DNA of 64,000 bases from Oscillospiraceae bacterium (GTDB taxonomy: Bacteria > Bacillota > Clostridia > Oscillospirales > Oscillospiraceae). Of the stretch, positions 52,698 to 62,622 are shown piece by piece; within the stretch, counting starts at the first letter, position 1; each line of letters opens with the position of its first letter. A model generated the notes under the pieces. That model was not told the DNA's origin and made no database searches. It saw only the letters and a program-made list of their open reading frames with translations. Where the stretch lies: the NCBI GenBank assembly GCA_017449185.1, contig JAFSJZ010000048.1, positions 2,937 to 66,936 on the forward strand, read 5' to 3'. A program made the translations under genes and the position numbers.

Positions 52698-54362
52698 ATG
52701 AGCGATTTTGAATCGAAATTCTACGAAGCCGTGCGCGAGGCCGTCCGCGACGTGTGGGAGATCGAGCCCGAGGAGGGCCTCTACGTCGTGGAGACGCCGC
52801 AGAATCCCGATTTCGGCGACTATTCCACGAACGTCGCGATGAAGCTCGCCCGCGCGCTGCGCCGCAGCCCCATGGACATCGCCGCGCCGCTCGCCGACAA
52901 GCTCGCCGAGATCCTGCCCGAAGCCGAGAGCGTCACCGTCGCGCGGCCGGGCTTCATCAACTTCAAGCTCAAGGCCGACGCGCTCAGCAGCCTCATCAAC
53001 ACGGTCATCGAGCTCGGCGTCGACTACGGCAAAAACGACAGCGGCAGGGGGCAGCGCTGGCTGATCGAGTGGGTGTCCGCCAACCCGACGGGACGACTGC
53101 ACTGCGGCCACGCCCGCAACGCCGCCTGGGGCGACTGCATCTGCCGCCTCATGGAGGCGAGCGGCTACGAGGTACTGCGCGAGTACTACGTCAACGACGC
53201 CGGCAACCAGATCGTGATGCTGGGCAAGTCGATCAGCGCCCGCTATTTCGAGCACTTCGGCCGCGCGGAGGACTGCCCCATGCCCGAGGACGGCTATCAC
53301 GCCGAGGACATCCGCGCCATCGCCGACGAGATCGCCGCCGAGGATGGGGACAAATGGCTCTCCGCGCCCGAGGACGAACGCATGGCCTATTTCATGCAGA
53401 CGGGCAAGGAACGGGAGCTGAAGGTGATCGAGGAGGATCTGCTGTCCTACGGCGTGAAGATCGACTCCTGGATGCACGAGACCTTCTTCTACGAGAACGA
53501 CCGTGCGCGCATCGAGTCCTGCCTCAAACGCATGGAAGAGCTGGGGCTGACCTACGAGCAGGACGGCGCGCTGTGGTTCCGCTCGACGGACTACGGCGAC
53601 GACAAGGACCGCGTCCTGCGCAAGAGCGACGGCACGCTGTCCTATCTCACACCGGACGTCGCCAACCACGTCTACAAGGTCGAGCGCGGTTATCCGCGGC
53701 TCGTCGACCTCTGGGGCGCGGATCATCACTCCTACGTTGTCCGCATGCAGGCCGCGCTCCGCGCCCTCGGCTATCCGGAGGACACCCTCGCGGTCGACCT
53801 CATCCAGATGGTCCGCATGATCGAAGACGGCAAGGAGGTCAAGATGTCCAAGCGCACCGGCAACGCGCTGAGCCTGCGCGAGCTGTGCGAGGACATCGGC
53901 GTGGACGCCGCGCGCTGGTTCTTTGTCTCCAAGGACGTGGCTACGCACATGGATCTCGACCTGCGCCTCGCGCGCAGCCGCGACAATGACAACCCGGTCT
54001 ATTACGCCCAGTACGCCCATGCCCGCATGAATTCCGTGCTGACGAATCCCAAGATCGCGAAGTTCGAAAAGGCCGCTCGCTACGACCGCCTGACGGACGA
54101 GCGCGAGCTGCTGCTGCTCCGGAAGATCAGCGAGTTCCCCGCGGAGGTCGCCGCCGACGCGGCCCTGCGCAAGCCCAACAAGATGACGGACTATATCCTC
54201 TCGCTGGTCAAGACCTTCCACGCCTATTACAACGCCGTGCGCGTGAACAACCCCGACGATCCGGAACTGACCAACCAGCGTCTCGGCCTCGTGACCGCGA
54301 CGATGATCACGCTGAAGAACGCGCTGAATCTGATCGGCGTCTCCGCGCCGGACAGCATGTGA
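52698..54362 (+). CDS. argS: Arginine--tRNA ligase
   Basis: SANPTGRLHCGHARN (HIGH-type) and KMSKRTG (KMSK) motifs. 554 aa. Confidence 0.95.
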   Translation: MSDFESKFYEAVREAVRDVWEIEPEEGLYVVETPQNPDFGDYSTNVAMKLARALRRSPMDIAAPLADKLAEILPEAESVTVARPGFINFKLKADALSSLINTVIELGVDYGKNDSGRGQRWLIEWVSANPTGRLHCGHARNAAWGDCICRLMEASGYEVLREYYVNDAGNQIVMLGKSISARYFEHFGRAEDCPMPEDGYHAEDIRAIADEIAAEDGDKWLSAPEDERMAYFMQTGKERELKVIEEDLLSYGVKIDSWMHETFFYENDRARIESCLKRMEELGLTYEQDGALWFRSTDYGDDKDRVLRKSDGTLSYLTPDVANHVYKVERGYPRLVDLWGADHHSYVVRMQAALRALGYPEDTLAVDLIQMVRMIEDGKEVKMSKRTGNALSLRELCEDIGVDAARWFFVSKDVATHMDLDLRLARSRDNDNPVYYAQYAHARMNSVLTNPKIAKFEKAARYDRLTDERELLLLRKISEFPAEVAADAALRKPNKMTDYILSLVKTFHAYYNAVRVNNPDDPELTNQRLGLVTATMITLKNALNLIGVSAPDSM

Positions 54363-54381
54363 GAGGCGGGGGAAGAGCGAT

Positions 54382-55614
54382 ATGAATTCGATCCACGTCA
54401 AAAGCGAGATTGCGCCGCTGAAAAAGGTGCTGCTCCACCGCCCGGGACGCGAGCTGTTAAAGCTCACGCCCAAGCGGCTGGGAGAGCTGCTCTTCGACGA
54501 CATCCCCTTTCTGAAGGTCGCCCAGCGCGAGCATGACGCCTTTGCCGACATCTTGAGAGAAAACGGCGTCGAGGTCGTCTATCTCGAGGATCTGATGACG
54601 GAGGTGCTGGAAGCGCAGCCCGAGCTCATCCGCCCCTTCCTGTACCAGTGGCTGACCGAGGGCAATATCCGCACCGGCAAATGGCAGGACAAGCTCTGCG
54701 ACTATCTGCTGGAGAACTACTCCGGCAAGGCGCTCGTGGAAAAAACCATGGAGGGCATCACGCTCGAGGAGATGGGCGGCGCCTCCGCCTATTCGCTGCA
54801 GGATCGGATCGCTCCGGCGGACGACCTGATCGTCGATCCGATGCCGAACCTCTATTTCGCGCGCGATCCCTTCGCCTCGGTCGGCAGCGGCATTTTCCTC
54901 AACAGCATGCGCTTCCCGCCGCGCCGCCGCGAGACGATCTACGCCGAGTATATTTTCAATCATCACCCCGACTATACAGACGTGCCGCGCTACTGCGAGC
55001 GGGACAGCTTCGCAAGCATCGAGGGCGGCGACGTGCTCAACCTGCGCGCGGACACGATCGCCGTCGGCATCTCCGAGCGCACCACGCCCGACGGCATCGA
55101 GGGCGTGGCCCGGCGGCTCTTCAGCGATCCGGAGGCGGAGGTGCGCACGGTGCTGGCCTTCGACATTCCCCATACCCGCGCCTTCATGCACCTCGACACG
55201 GTCTTTACGCAGATCGACACCGACAAATACATCGTCCATCCGGCCATCCTCGGCACGCTGACGGTCTATGAGATCACGCCGGGAAAAACCGATCCCGCGG
55301 AGCTTTCGATCGAACGCATTGACGACAGCCTGGAACACATTCTGGAAAAGTACACGCATACCGATCGCGTCCAGCTGATCAACTGCGGCGGCGGCGACAT
55401 GATCGCCGCGGCGCGCGAGCAGTGGAACGACGGCTCGAACACCCTGGCGATCTCGCCGGGCAGGGTCGTCGTGTACGAGCGCAACGACGTGACCAACCCC
55501 ATCCTGCGGGACCACGGGATCGAGATCCTGGAGATGCCCTCCGCGGAGCTCTCCCGCGGCCGCGGCGGCCCGCGCTGCATGTCCATGCCGCTCATCCGGG
55601 CGGACATATCATAA
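54382..55614 (+). CDS. arcA: Arginine deiminase
   Basis: EIAPLKKVLLHRPG, LFDDIPFL, and a C-terminal GGPRCMSMPL motif with the catalytic Cys. Confidence 0.95.
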   Translation: MNSIHVKSEIAPLKKVLLHRPGRELLKLTPKRLGELLFDDIPFLKVAQREHDAFADILRENGVEVVYLEDLMTEVLEAQPELIRPFLYQWLTEGNIRTGKWQDKLCDYLLENYSGKALVEKTMEGITLEEMGGASAYSLQDRIAPADDLIVDPMPNLYFARDPFASVGSGIFLNSMRFPPRRRETIYAEYIFNHHPDYTDVPRYCERDSFASIEGGDVLNLRADTIAVGISERTTPDGIEGVARRLFSDPEAEVRTVLAFDIPHTRAFMHLDTVFTQIDTDKYIVHPAILGTLTVYEITPGKTDPAELSIERIDDSLEHILEKYTHTDRVQLINCGGGDMIAAAREQWNDGSNTLAISPGRVVVYERNDVTNPILRDHGIEILEMPSAELSRGRGGPRCMSMPLIRADIS

Positions 55615-55632
55615 ACGGAGGAACACACAGAC

Positions 55633-56625
55633 ATGGGACTGAACATCAGAGGCAGAAGCTTTCTTACCCTGCTGGACTACACGCCCGAGGAAATCAATTA
55701 TCTTCTGGATCTCGCGGCGGAGTTCAAACGCATGAAGTACAACGGGATCGAGCACAAGTGGCTGACCGACAAGCAGATCGTGCTGCTGTTTGAGAAGACC
55801 TCCACCCGCACGCGCTGCTCTTTCGAGGTGGCCGCGCGCGACCTCGGCATGGGCGTCACCTTCCTTGACCCCGGCTCCTCGCAGATGGGGAAGAAGGAGT
55901 CGATCGCCGACACGGCGAAGGTGCTCGGCAGGATGTACGACGGCATCGAATACCGCGGCTTCAAGCAGTCCACGGTCGAGGATCTGGCGAAGTACTCCGG
56001 CGTTCCGGTGTGGAACGGCCTGACCGACGATTTCCACCCCACGCAGATGCTTGCGGACATCCTGACCGCGCGCGAGGAGTTCGGCGATCTCAAGGGCCGA
56101 AAGCTGACCTTCTTCGGCGACGCGCGCAACAACGTCGCGAACTCCCTGATGGTCGTGTGCGCGAAGCTCGGGCTGCACTACTGCGCCTGCGGCCCGGCGG
56201 AGCTGATGCCTGCGGAATGGCTGATCGAAAAGTGCCACGAGATCGCCGGCGAGACCGGCGCGATCCTCGAGTTCACGGCCGACCCCGCCCAGGGCGCAAA
56301 GGACTGCGACATCCTTTACACCGATATCTGGCTGTCGATGGGCGAGCCGGCCGAGCTGTGGGCAAAGCGCATCGAGCTGCTGCTGCCCTATCAGGTCAAC
56401 GGCGCTCTGCTGGAAAAGGCCAAGCCGACGGCGATCTTCATGCACTGTCTGCCCGCTTTCCACGACCGTGAGACGACCGTGGGCGAGGAGATCTACCAGA
56501 AATTCGGTCTGAGCGCCATGGAGGTCACCGACGAGGTCTTCCTCGGCAGCCACGCGCGTCAGTTCCGCGAGGCGGAAAACCGCATGCACACGATCAAGGC
56601 CGTCGTCTACGCGACGCTGAAGTAA
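55633..56625 (+). CDS. arcB: Ornithine carbamoyltransferase
   Basis: STRTRCSFE, HPTQ, and HCLPA motifs. A catabolic versus anabolic role cannot be decided from the sequence. Confidence 0.9.
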   Translation: MGLNIRGRSFLTLLDYTPEEINYLLDLAAEFKRMKYNGIEHKWLTDKQIVLLFEKTSTRTRCSFEVAARDLGMGVTFLDPGSSQMGKKESIADTAKVLGRMYDGIEYRGFKQSTVEDLAKYSGVPVWNGLTDDFHPTQMLADILTAREEFGDLKGRKLTFFGDARNNVANSLMVVCAKLGLHYCACGPAELMPAEWLIEKCHEIAGETGAILEFTADPAQGAKDCDILYTDIWLSMGEPAELWAKRIELLLPYQVNGALLEKAKPTAIFMHCLPAFHDRETTVGEEIYQKFGLSAMEVTDEVFLGSHARQFREAENRMHTIKAVVYATLK

Positions 56626-56640
56626 AAAAACAGAACGACA

Positions 56641-56675
56641 GGGGAGGGGAAGGCAATTTCCCCTCCCCATTATTT
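56641..56675 (+). terminator. Hairpin terminator after the OTC gene
   Basis: ggggagggga-aggcaatt-tcccctcccc followed by a T-rich tail. Confidence 0.55.
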
Positions 56676-56707
56676 CCCGCTTGCGGCGGGGCGAAAAATG
56701 GCGTATC

Positions 56708-57844
56708 ATGCGGAGTATGGAAACGACGGTGACAAAAAAACACGGCCTCGCCGCCATCTTCAAGTGCTGCCCGAAGCGCCATGTGCTGCTCCTCGTCTCG
56801 GCGGGGCTGATCGCGCTGCACCTGCTCACGAGAGGAAACCACGACCTGATGGTCTTTCTCTCGGAAAGGGCAGTGCGGCCGCTGCACCGCGCGCTCGGGC
56901 GGCTCAACGCCCACGCCCCGTTTTCCGTGGCCGAGCTCCTGATCGCACTGGCGGTCCTTGCGACAACAGTTTACATAATATCTCAGACTGTACTGTTTAT
57001 CCGGAAAGGGGAGAGAGCCGCGCGGCTCTACCGCACGCTCGTCACGCTTCTCGGCGCCGTGACGGCCGTCTATGCGCTGTTTTGCCTGATGTGGGGCGTG
57101 TACTATTATGCCGACGACTTCTCGGCAAAGAGCGGCCTGGAAGACGGCGCGGTGAGCGCCGAGCAGCTCGCGTCCGTCACGCGCTTTTTCGCCGATAAGG
57201 CCAACGAATACGCCGCACAGGTGCCGCGGGACGAAAACGGTGTATGCGCCTCCGACCGCGAAAAGATCCTCGCGCAGTCGCCCGAGGTCTTTGCACAGAC
57301 GGAGCGGCAGCTTCCCTGCCTTGCCGGGCCGCCGCTCGCGGCCAAGGGCATTCTCTGCTCGCGCGTGATGAGCTATCTCGATTTCTCGGGATTTTTCTTC
57401 CCCTTCACGGCGGAGGCGAACGTCAACACGGACATGCCCGTGTGCGATCTCGCCGCCACGGTCGCGCACGAGCTGTCCCACCAGCGGGGCGTCGCCAAGG
57501 AGCAGGAGGCCAACTTCGCCGCCGTGCTCGCGTGCCTGAACTACGGAGATCCGGACTACGTATACAGCGCCTGCCTGCTGGCCTACACGCATCTCGGCAA
57601 CGCGCTCTACAAGGCCGACCGCGCGGCCTGGGAGACGGTCTACGACACGCTCGGCGAGGACGTACTGCGCGATCTGCTTGCACGCCTGGACTACTGGCAG
57701 CGCTTCGACACCCCGGTGCAGACGGCCTCAAACACCGTGTATGAGAATTTTCTGTACAGCTACGATCAGGAGCTCGGCCTGAAAAGCTACGGCGCCTGCG
57801 TGGATCTGCTGGTGAATTACTATTACGAGGAATCGATCAAATAA
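56708..57844 (+). CDS. DUF3810-like membrane zinc-metallopeptidase-like protein
   Basis: N-terminal TM helices, and HELSHQRG (HExxH) followed by EANF. The start is uncertain (TTG 56681, ATG 56708 or ATG 56717). Confidence 0.75.
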   Translation: MRSMETTVTKKHGLAAIFKCCPKRHVLLLVSAGLIALHLLTRGNHDLMVFLSERAVRPLHRALGRLNAHAPFSVAELLIALAVLATTVYIISQTVLFIRKGERAARLYRTLVTLLGAVTAVYALFCLMWGVYYYADDFSAKSGLEDGAVSAEQLASVTRFFADKANEYAAQVPRDENGVCASDREKILAQSPEVFAQTERQLPCLAGPPLAAKGILCSRVMSYLDFSGFFFPFTAEANVNTDMPVCDLAATVAHELSHQRGVAKEQEANFAAVLACLNYGDPDYVYSACLLAYTHLGNALYKADRAAWETVYDTLGEDVLRDLLARLDYWQRFDTPVQTASNTVYENFLYSYDQELGLKSYGACVDLLVNYYYEESIK

Positions 57845-57876
57845 AAAAAGATGCTGTGGAACACAGCATCTTTTTT
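57843..57876. terminator. Bidirectional intrinsic terminator
   Basis: aaaaaagatgctgtg-gaa-cacagcatctttttt. Confidence 0.75.
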
Positions 57877-57897
57877 CGTTATCGGAGGGAGAGACCG

Positions 57898-59244
57898 CTA
57901 AACGCCGAGGCCCTCGCTCTGCGCACGGCGGATCGCCCGCTGCCGGGCAAAACGGTAATAATAGATCAGAATGACCGCGCTGCACATGACCCAGCCGGAG
58001 GGATAGCCGAGCGCGATCGGCACGATCCCGCCGCCGAGGCGGTAAGCCGTGAAGAGATAGAGCTGACGGAACAGGACGAAGGAGAAGAGCATGATGACCA
58101 TCGTGGCCTTCGTGTCGCCCACGCCGCGCAGCGCGCCGGAATAGACCTGGTTGATCGTGCACAGCAGATAGAACGGAGAGATCAGCCGGATAAAGAGCGT
58201 ACCGAAGGCGACGACCTCTGCCTCCTGATTGAACAGCTTTACGAGCGACGGGGCAAAGATCATCATCGGCGTGAGGATCACGATCATCAGGACCGTGCCG
58301 ATGCCAAGCGCGTAGAGCGGCCCCTTTCGCGCGCGGTCGAGCTTGCCCGCGCCGTAGTTTTGCCCCACAAAGGTGGTCACGGCCATCGAAAAACCGAGCA
58401 GCGGCAGGAACGCGAAGGCGTCGAGCTTGTTGTAGGCCGCCCAGCCCGCCATGCAGGAGCTCTCGAAGCGGTTGATGTAGGACTGAACGAACACGTTCGA
58501 CACCGCCGTCACGCCCATCTGCAGCGAGGAGGGCACGCCGATGGCGCAGATGCGCCGCAGGATCGCGCGGTCGAAGCCGATCGCGCGCAGGTCGATCCGG
58601 TAGTCCGCGCGCGAGACGATCAGCATGCGCAGAACCAGCAGTGCGGAGAGAAACTGCGAGACCACGGTCGCGATCGCCGCGCCGGCGATGCCCCAGGAGA
58701 AGACCTTGACGAAGAGATAGTCCAGGATCGTGTTCGTCGTGGCGGAGAAGATCAGAAAATACAGCGGATGCGTCGAATCGCCCACCGCGCGCAGGATGCC
58801 CGCGCCGATGTTGTACAGGAGCATCCCCGAGATACCCCAGAAATACAGGCTCAGATAAGTCGAGGCCTCGCCGATCACGTCCTCGGGCGTGGCCATGAGG
58901 CGCAGCATGAAGGGCGTCATCGCCACGCCCAGCGCCGTGAGGGCGGCGCACATCACCAGCGTGAGCGCGATCGTGGTCTGCACCGCGCTGTGCAGCCTCT
59001 CGCGGTCCTTCGCGCCGTAGTACTGGCTGATCACGACGCCCGCGCCGGAAGCGAGCCCGCCGAACACGCCGATGAGCGTGTTGATGATCGGCCCCGTGCA
59101 GCCCACGGCGGCCAGAGCCTGCCGGCTGACGAAGTTGCCCACGATGATCGAGTCGACCGTGTTGTACAGCTGCTGAAAGATGTTGCCGATCATCAGCGGC
59201 AGGGCAAAGACGATCAGAAGACGGGGGATGCTGCCCTCGGTCAT
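57898..59244 (-). CDS. MATE-family efflux transporter
   Basis: Start at 59244 (MTEGSIPRLL...). 12 TM segments, with IGNIFQQLYNTVDSIIVG typical of MATE. Confidence 0.9.
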   Translation of the reverse strand: MTEGSIPRLLIVFALPLMIGNIFQQLYNTVDSIIVGNFVSRQALAAVGCTGPIINTLIGVFGGLASGAGVVISQYYGAKDRERLHSAVQTTIALTLVMCAALTALGVAMTPFMLRLMATPEDVIGEASTYLSLYFWGISGMLLYNIGAGILRAVGDSTHPLYFLIFSATTNTILDYLFVKVFSWGIAGAAIATVVSQFLSALLVLRMLIVSRADYRIDLRAIGFDRAILRRICAIGVPSSLQMGVTAVSNVFVQSYINRFESSCMAGWAAYNKLDAFAFLPLLGFSMAVTTFVGQNYGAGKLDRARKGPLYALGIGTVLMIVILTPMMIFAPSLVKLFNQEAEVVAFGTLFIRLISPFYLLCTINQVYSGALRGVGDTKATMVIMLFSFVLFRQLYLFTAYRLGGGIVPIALGYPSGWVMCSAVILIYYYRFARQRAIRRAQSEGLGV

Positions 59245-59384
59245 GTCGGTATCTTTTCTTTGAAATACGGCCACGGACGCGCCCCCTTTCCTCGATGCAT
59301 TCCATAACAATATAGCACGTTCCGACTGAAAAGGGAAATAAAAAATCAGGACAGAAGCTGTCCTGATCGACTTGAATTTCTTTC

Positions 59385-59873
59385 TTATTCCGCCGCGGTC
59401 TGTTGGGCGATATAATTTTCCACATCGCCGAGTTCGATGCCCAGTGCGACGGAGAGCTCGCCGTGCAGGATGTCCTTAGCGCGCTTCATGGTTGCCTCGG
59501 CGCGGCTGGACTTGGTCTTACGCTCGGACATGCGGGAATGGAGGCCCTTGATCACAGAGACCAGCGCCTCGTTGGAATGGAGCTTGAACAGCTCCTTGTA
59601 AAAAGCGTCTACATGGTTGAAGCGCGTGTCGCTGCAGATCGCGGGCTCGATATCGGGAATGGTGGCGATGAAGGCCTCGGCCTCATCCTTGCTCATGACA
59701 GGCCGCATATACGCGGCGGAATCGATGGGCGTGAAATACATCCCGTTTCCGATCAGGGGCTTGAGGTGATAATACACCTTGCCGCCGGATGGGTCCATCG
59801 GAAGCGCGCCGATGTCCGACACGGTACAGACGCCGTTTTCGCCGTATATGATTTTTTCGCCGACCGAAAACAT
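59385..59873 (-). CDS. CarD/CdnL-family transcription factor
   Basis: MFSVGEKIIYGENGVCTVSDI (Tudor-like RNAP-interacting domain). 162 aa. Confidence 0.85.
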   Translation of the reverse strand: MFSVGEKIIYGENGVCTVSDIGALPMDPSGGKVYYHLKPLIGNGMYFTPIDSAAYMRPVMSKDEAEAFIATIPDIEPAICSDTRFNHVDAFYKELFKLHSNEALVSVIKGLHSRMSERKTKSSRAEATMKRAKDILHGELSVALGIELGDVENYIAQQTAAE

Positions 59874-60013
59874 CCGAATAATCCCCCACAGTATTACTTA
59901 CAGTATAATCATACACTATTATCAGAAAAATTTCCAATGTTTTTTTCGCAAAATCCGCTTTTTTTTCTATCTTTTTTTGTTAAAATCCCTTGATTTTTCA
60001 ATTATTTTAACCG

Positions 60014-60042
60014 TTGTCATCTCCCGGATGGTCTGATATAAT
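60014..60042 (+). promoter_or_regulatory. Sigma-A-like promoter of hemZ-like gene
   Basis: TTGTCA (60014..60019), 17-nt spacer, TATAAT (60037..60042). Confidence 0.5.
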
Positions 60043-60117
60043 AAAAAAGCAAGATTTTCCCCTCCGTTTCCCGTCTGTAAACACCCTGCCGGGACGGAGG
60101 CACACGGGAGAAACAAC

Positions 60118-61593
60118 GTGAAGCTGTACTTCGAGGGACATGATTACCGCTATGCGGTCGAGCAGATGCTGCTCACGCTCTTTCCGGACGAGCGGCCGGA
60201 GTATCCGGCCGGGCCGCCGGAGGGGGAGGGGGCGGAGATCCGCCTTTCCCGTGGAGCGTGCTATACCAGGGCCGTCTGCGTTCTGCGCCGGGGCGGCACC
60301 TTTCGCGGCGCGGCGCGCGTGAAAACAGGCACGCCGACCGATGCGCTCGCACGCGAGCGCGCGGAGCAGCGCCTGATCAAAAACGCGATGTACCGCGCCG
60401 CACTCTCTGCCGGACACGAGCGCCCGGCCTGGGGCGCGCTCACCGGCGTGCGGCCCGGCAAGCTCTTCGCGCCGCTGCTGCGGCAGGGCCTGCGCGAGGA
60501 CGAGGCCATGCGGCGCTTTTGCGAGGAATACGACGTCACGCCGCGCCGCGCCGCGCTGTGCCTCGACGCCTCGCGTCATACCCTCGCGGCCGCGGACTCG
60601 CTGGGACAGAGGGACGTCTGCCTCTATCTCGGCGTGCCTTTCTGCCCGACCCGCTGTGCCTACTGCAGTTTTGTCAGCCAGTCGGTAGAGAAGAGCATGG
60701 GCCTCATCGCGCCGTTTCTGGACGCGCTGGAAAAGGAGATCGCGGCGACGGGAGCGCAGGCGCGCGCCCTCGGGCTGAGGCCGGTCGCCCTCTATTTCGG
60801 CGGCGGCACGCCCACGACGCTTTCCGCCGCGCAGCTTGAGTGCGTGTGTACAAAGCTGGAAGAGAGCTTCGATCTTTCCGCCCTGCGGGAGTTCACGGTC
60901 GAGGCCGGACGGCCCGACACGATCACGGAAGAAAAGCTCCGGGTGCTGCGCGCGCACGGGGTGGACCGGGTGAGCGTCAATCCGCAGACCATGTCCGACG
61001 CGGTGCTCGAGGCCATCGGCAGAAAGCACTCGGCTGCGGATATCCTCAGCGCGCTCGATACGGTGCGCAGCGTCGGCGGCTTTGCCGTGAACATGGATCT
61101 GATTGCCGGTCTGCCCGCCGATGACCTTGACGGCTTTTGCTCCACGCTCCGGCAGGTGCTTGCTCTTACGCCGGAGAACATCACCGTCCACACGCTCAGC
61201 CTGAAAAAGGGCTCGCGCATCCTCACCGAAGGCGCCGTGCTGCCCGGGGCAGGGGAGGTGGGACAGATGCTCGACTTCGCGGAGGAGAAGCTGCGCGCCT
61301 CCGGCTATGAGCCCTACTACCTCTACCGACAGAAATTCATGTCCGGCGGCTTTGAAAACGTCGGCTGGACGCGCGAGGGTCATGTCAACCTCTACAACAT
61401 CTGCATGATGGAAGAGCTCTGCAGCATCCTCGCCATGGGCGGAGGCGGCTCGACCAAGCTCGTGCGGCGCGACGGCGGGCGCAATCTGCGATTCATCGCG
61501 CCGAAATACCCGAGTGAATACATCGCCCTCATCGACGGCGTCTGCGCCGAAAAGGAAAAGATCGCCGCGTTTTATCAAGGACTGGAGGACTAA
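60118..61593 (+). CDS. hemZ: Radical-SAM coproporphyrinogen dehydrogenase HemZ-like protein
   Basis: GTG start. CPTRCAYCSF radical-SAM cluster motif and a HemN/HemZ-like body. Confidence 0.85.
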   Translation: MKLYFEGHDYRYAVEQMLLTLFPDERPEYPAGPPEGEGAEIRLSRGACYTRAVCVLRRGGTFRGAARVKTGTPTDALARERAEQRLIKNAMYRAALSAGHERPAWGALTGVRPGKLFAPLLRQGLREDEAMRRFCEEYDVTPRRAALCLDASRHTLAAADSLGQRDVCLYLGVPFCPTRCAYCSFVSQSVEKSMGLIAPFLDALEKEIAATGAQARALGLRPVALYFGGGTPTTLSAAQLECVCTKLEESFDLSALREFTVEAGRPDTITEEKLRVLRAHGVDRVSVNPQTMSDAVLEAIGRKHSAADILSALDTVRSVGGFAVNMDLIAGLPADDLDGFCSTLRQVLALTPENITVHTLSLKKGSRILTEGAVLPGAGEVGQMLDFAEEKLRASGYEPYYLYRQKFMSGGFENVGWTREGHVNLYNICMMEELCSILAMGGGGSTKLVRRDGGRNLRFIAPKYPSEYIALIDGVCAEKEKIAAFYQGLED

Positions 61594-61596
61594 GCT

Positions 61597-62532
61597 ATGT
61601 CATACGACCTTTCCGAACTCAACTATCGAACGGTGTCCGACCCCCGCGGTCTGATCGAGGAGGGAGACGCGAACTACCGCGCCGGCGTGGAAACGGCGGC
61701 GGAGAAGATCGCGGAGAATATCAGATACAGCCCCATCGTGCTGCTGTCCGGTCCGTCCGGCTCGGGCAAGACGACGACAGCCATGAAGCTCTCCGAAGAG
61801 CTGGAGCGCCGCGGCGTGCGCAGCCACTACGTCGGCATGGACGATTACTTCAACACCGTCAGCCCGGAGACTACCCCCCGCACGCCGGAGGGCGAATACG
61901 ACCTCGAAAGCCCGCTGTGTCTGGATATGGAGCTGCTGAACGAGCATTTCACCAAGCTCTCCCGCGGCGAACGCATCTACGTCCCGAAGTATGAGTTCTC
62001 CCGCCGGATGCGCGCCTTCGAGCCGTCCAAATCCCTCAAGCTGAAAAAGGATGAGATCGTGATCTTCGAAGGCATTCACGCCCTCAACGACATGATCACC
62101 GACCGCCATCCGGAGGCCTTCAAGCTCTATATCTCCGCGCGCAGCGACGTGCTTTTCGGCGGGACGGTGGTCTTCAAACGCACCTGGTTCCGTCTCGTGC
62201 GCCGCATCGTGCGTGACTTCAACTTCCGCGGTTCCTCCGCGGCGGAGACGATGGCCATGTGGGCCAACGTCCGCCGCGGCGAGAAGGCCTATATCTCGCC
62301 CTTCAAGGACAAGGCGGATTACCAGTTCGACTCCTCTCTGCCCTACGAGCTGCCGGTGTTCAACCACACGGCCACCGCCCTGTTTCAGACCGTGCCGGAG
62401 GGCGTCGAACGCTTTGAGGAGCTGCGCGCCGTGCTGCCCGCGCTGCAGCTCTTCGGCGACATCGACGAGAGCCTCGTCCCGGAGGATTCCCTCATCCGCG
62501 AGTTCATCGGCGGCGGCTGCTACGAATATTGA
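61597..62532 (+). CDS. Uridine-kinase-family nucleoside kinase
   Basis: P-loop GPSGSGKTTTA and a PRK/uridine kinase-like fold. 311 aa. Confidence 0.8.
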   Translation: MSYDLSELNYRTVSDPRGLIEEGDANYRAGVETAAEKIAENIRYSPIVLLSGPSGSGKTTTAMKLSEELERRGVRSHYVGMDDYFNTVSPETTPRTPEGEYDLESPLCLDMELLNEHFTKLSRGERIYVPKYEFSRRMRAFEPSKSLKLKKDEIVIFEGIHALNDMITDRHPEAFKLYISARSDVLFGGTVVFKRTWFRLVRRIVRDFNFRGSSAAETMAMWANVRRGEKAYISPFKDKADYQFDSSLPYELPVFNHTATALFQTVPEGVERFEELRAVLPALQLFGDIDESLVPEDSLIREFIGGGCYEY

Positions 62533-62547
62533 TCGATCAAGGAAGGC

Positions 62548-62585
62548 GGGAGGACGCAAACGCGTCCTCCCGTCTGTTTATTTCC
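62548..62585. terminator. Intrinsic terminator between convergent genes
   Basis: gggaggacgc-aaac-gcgtcctccc followed by gtctgtttattt. Confidence 0.6.
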
Positions 62586-62622
62586 ATGGGGCGTGTCCTG
62601 CTTCACGGCGGCCGTTTCCCTG

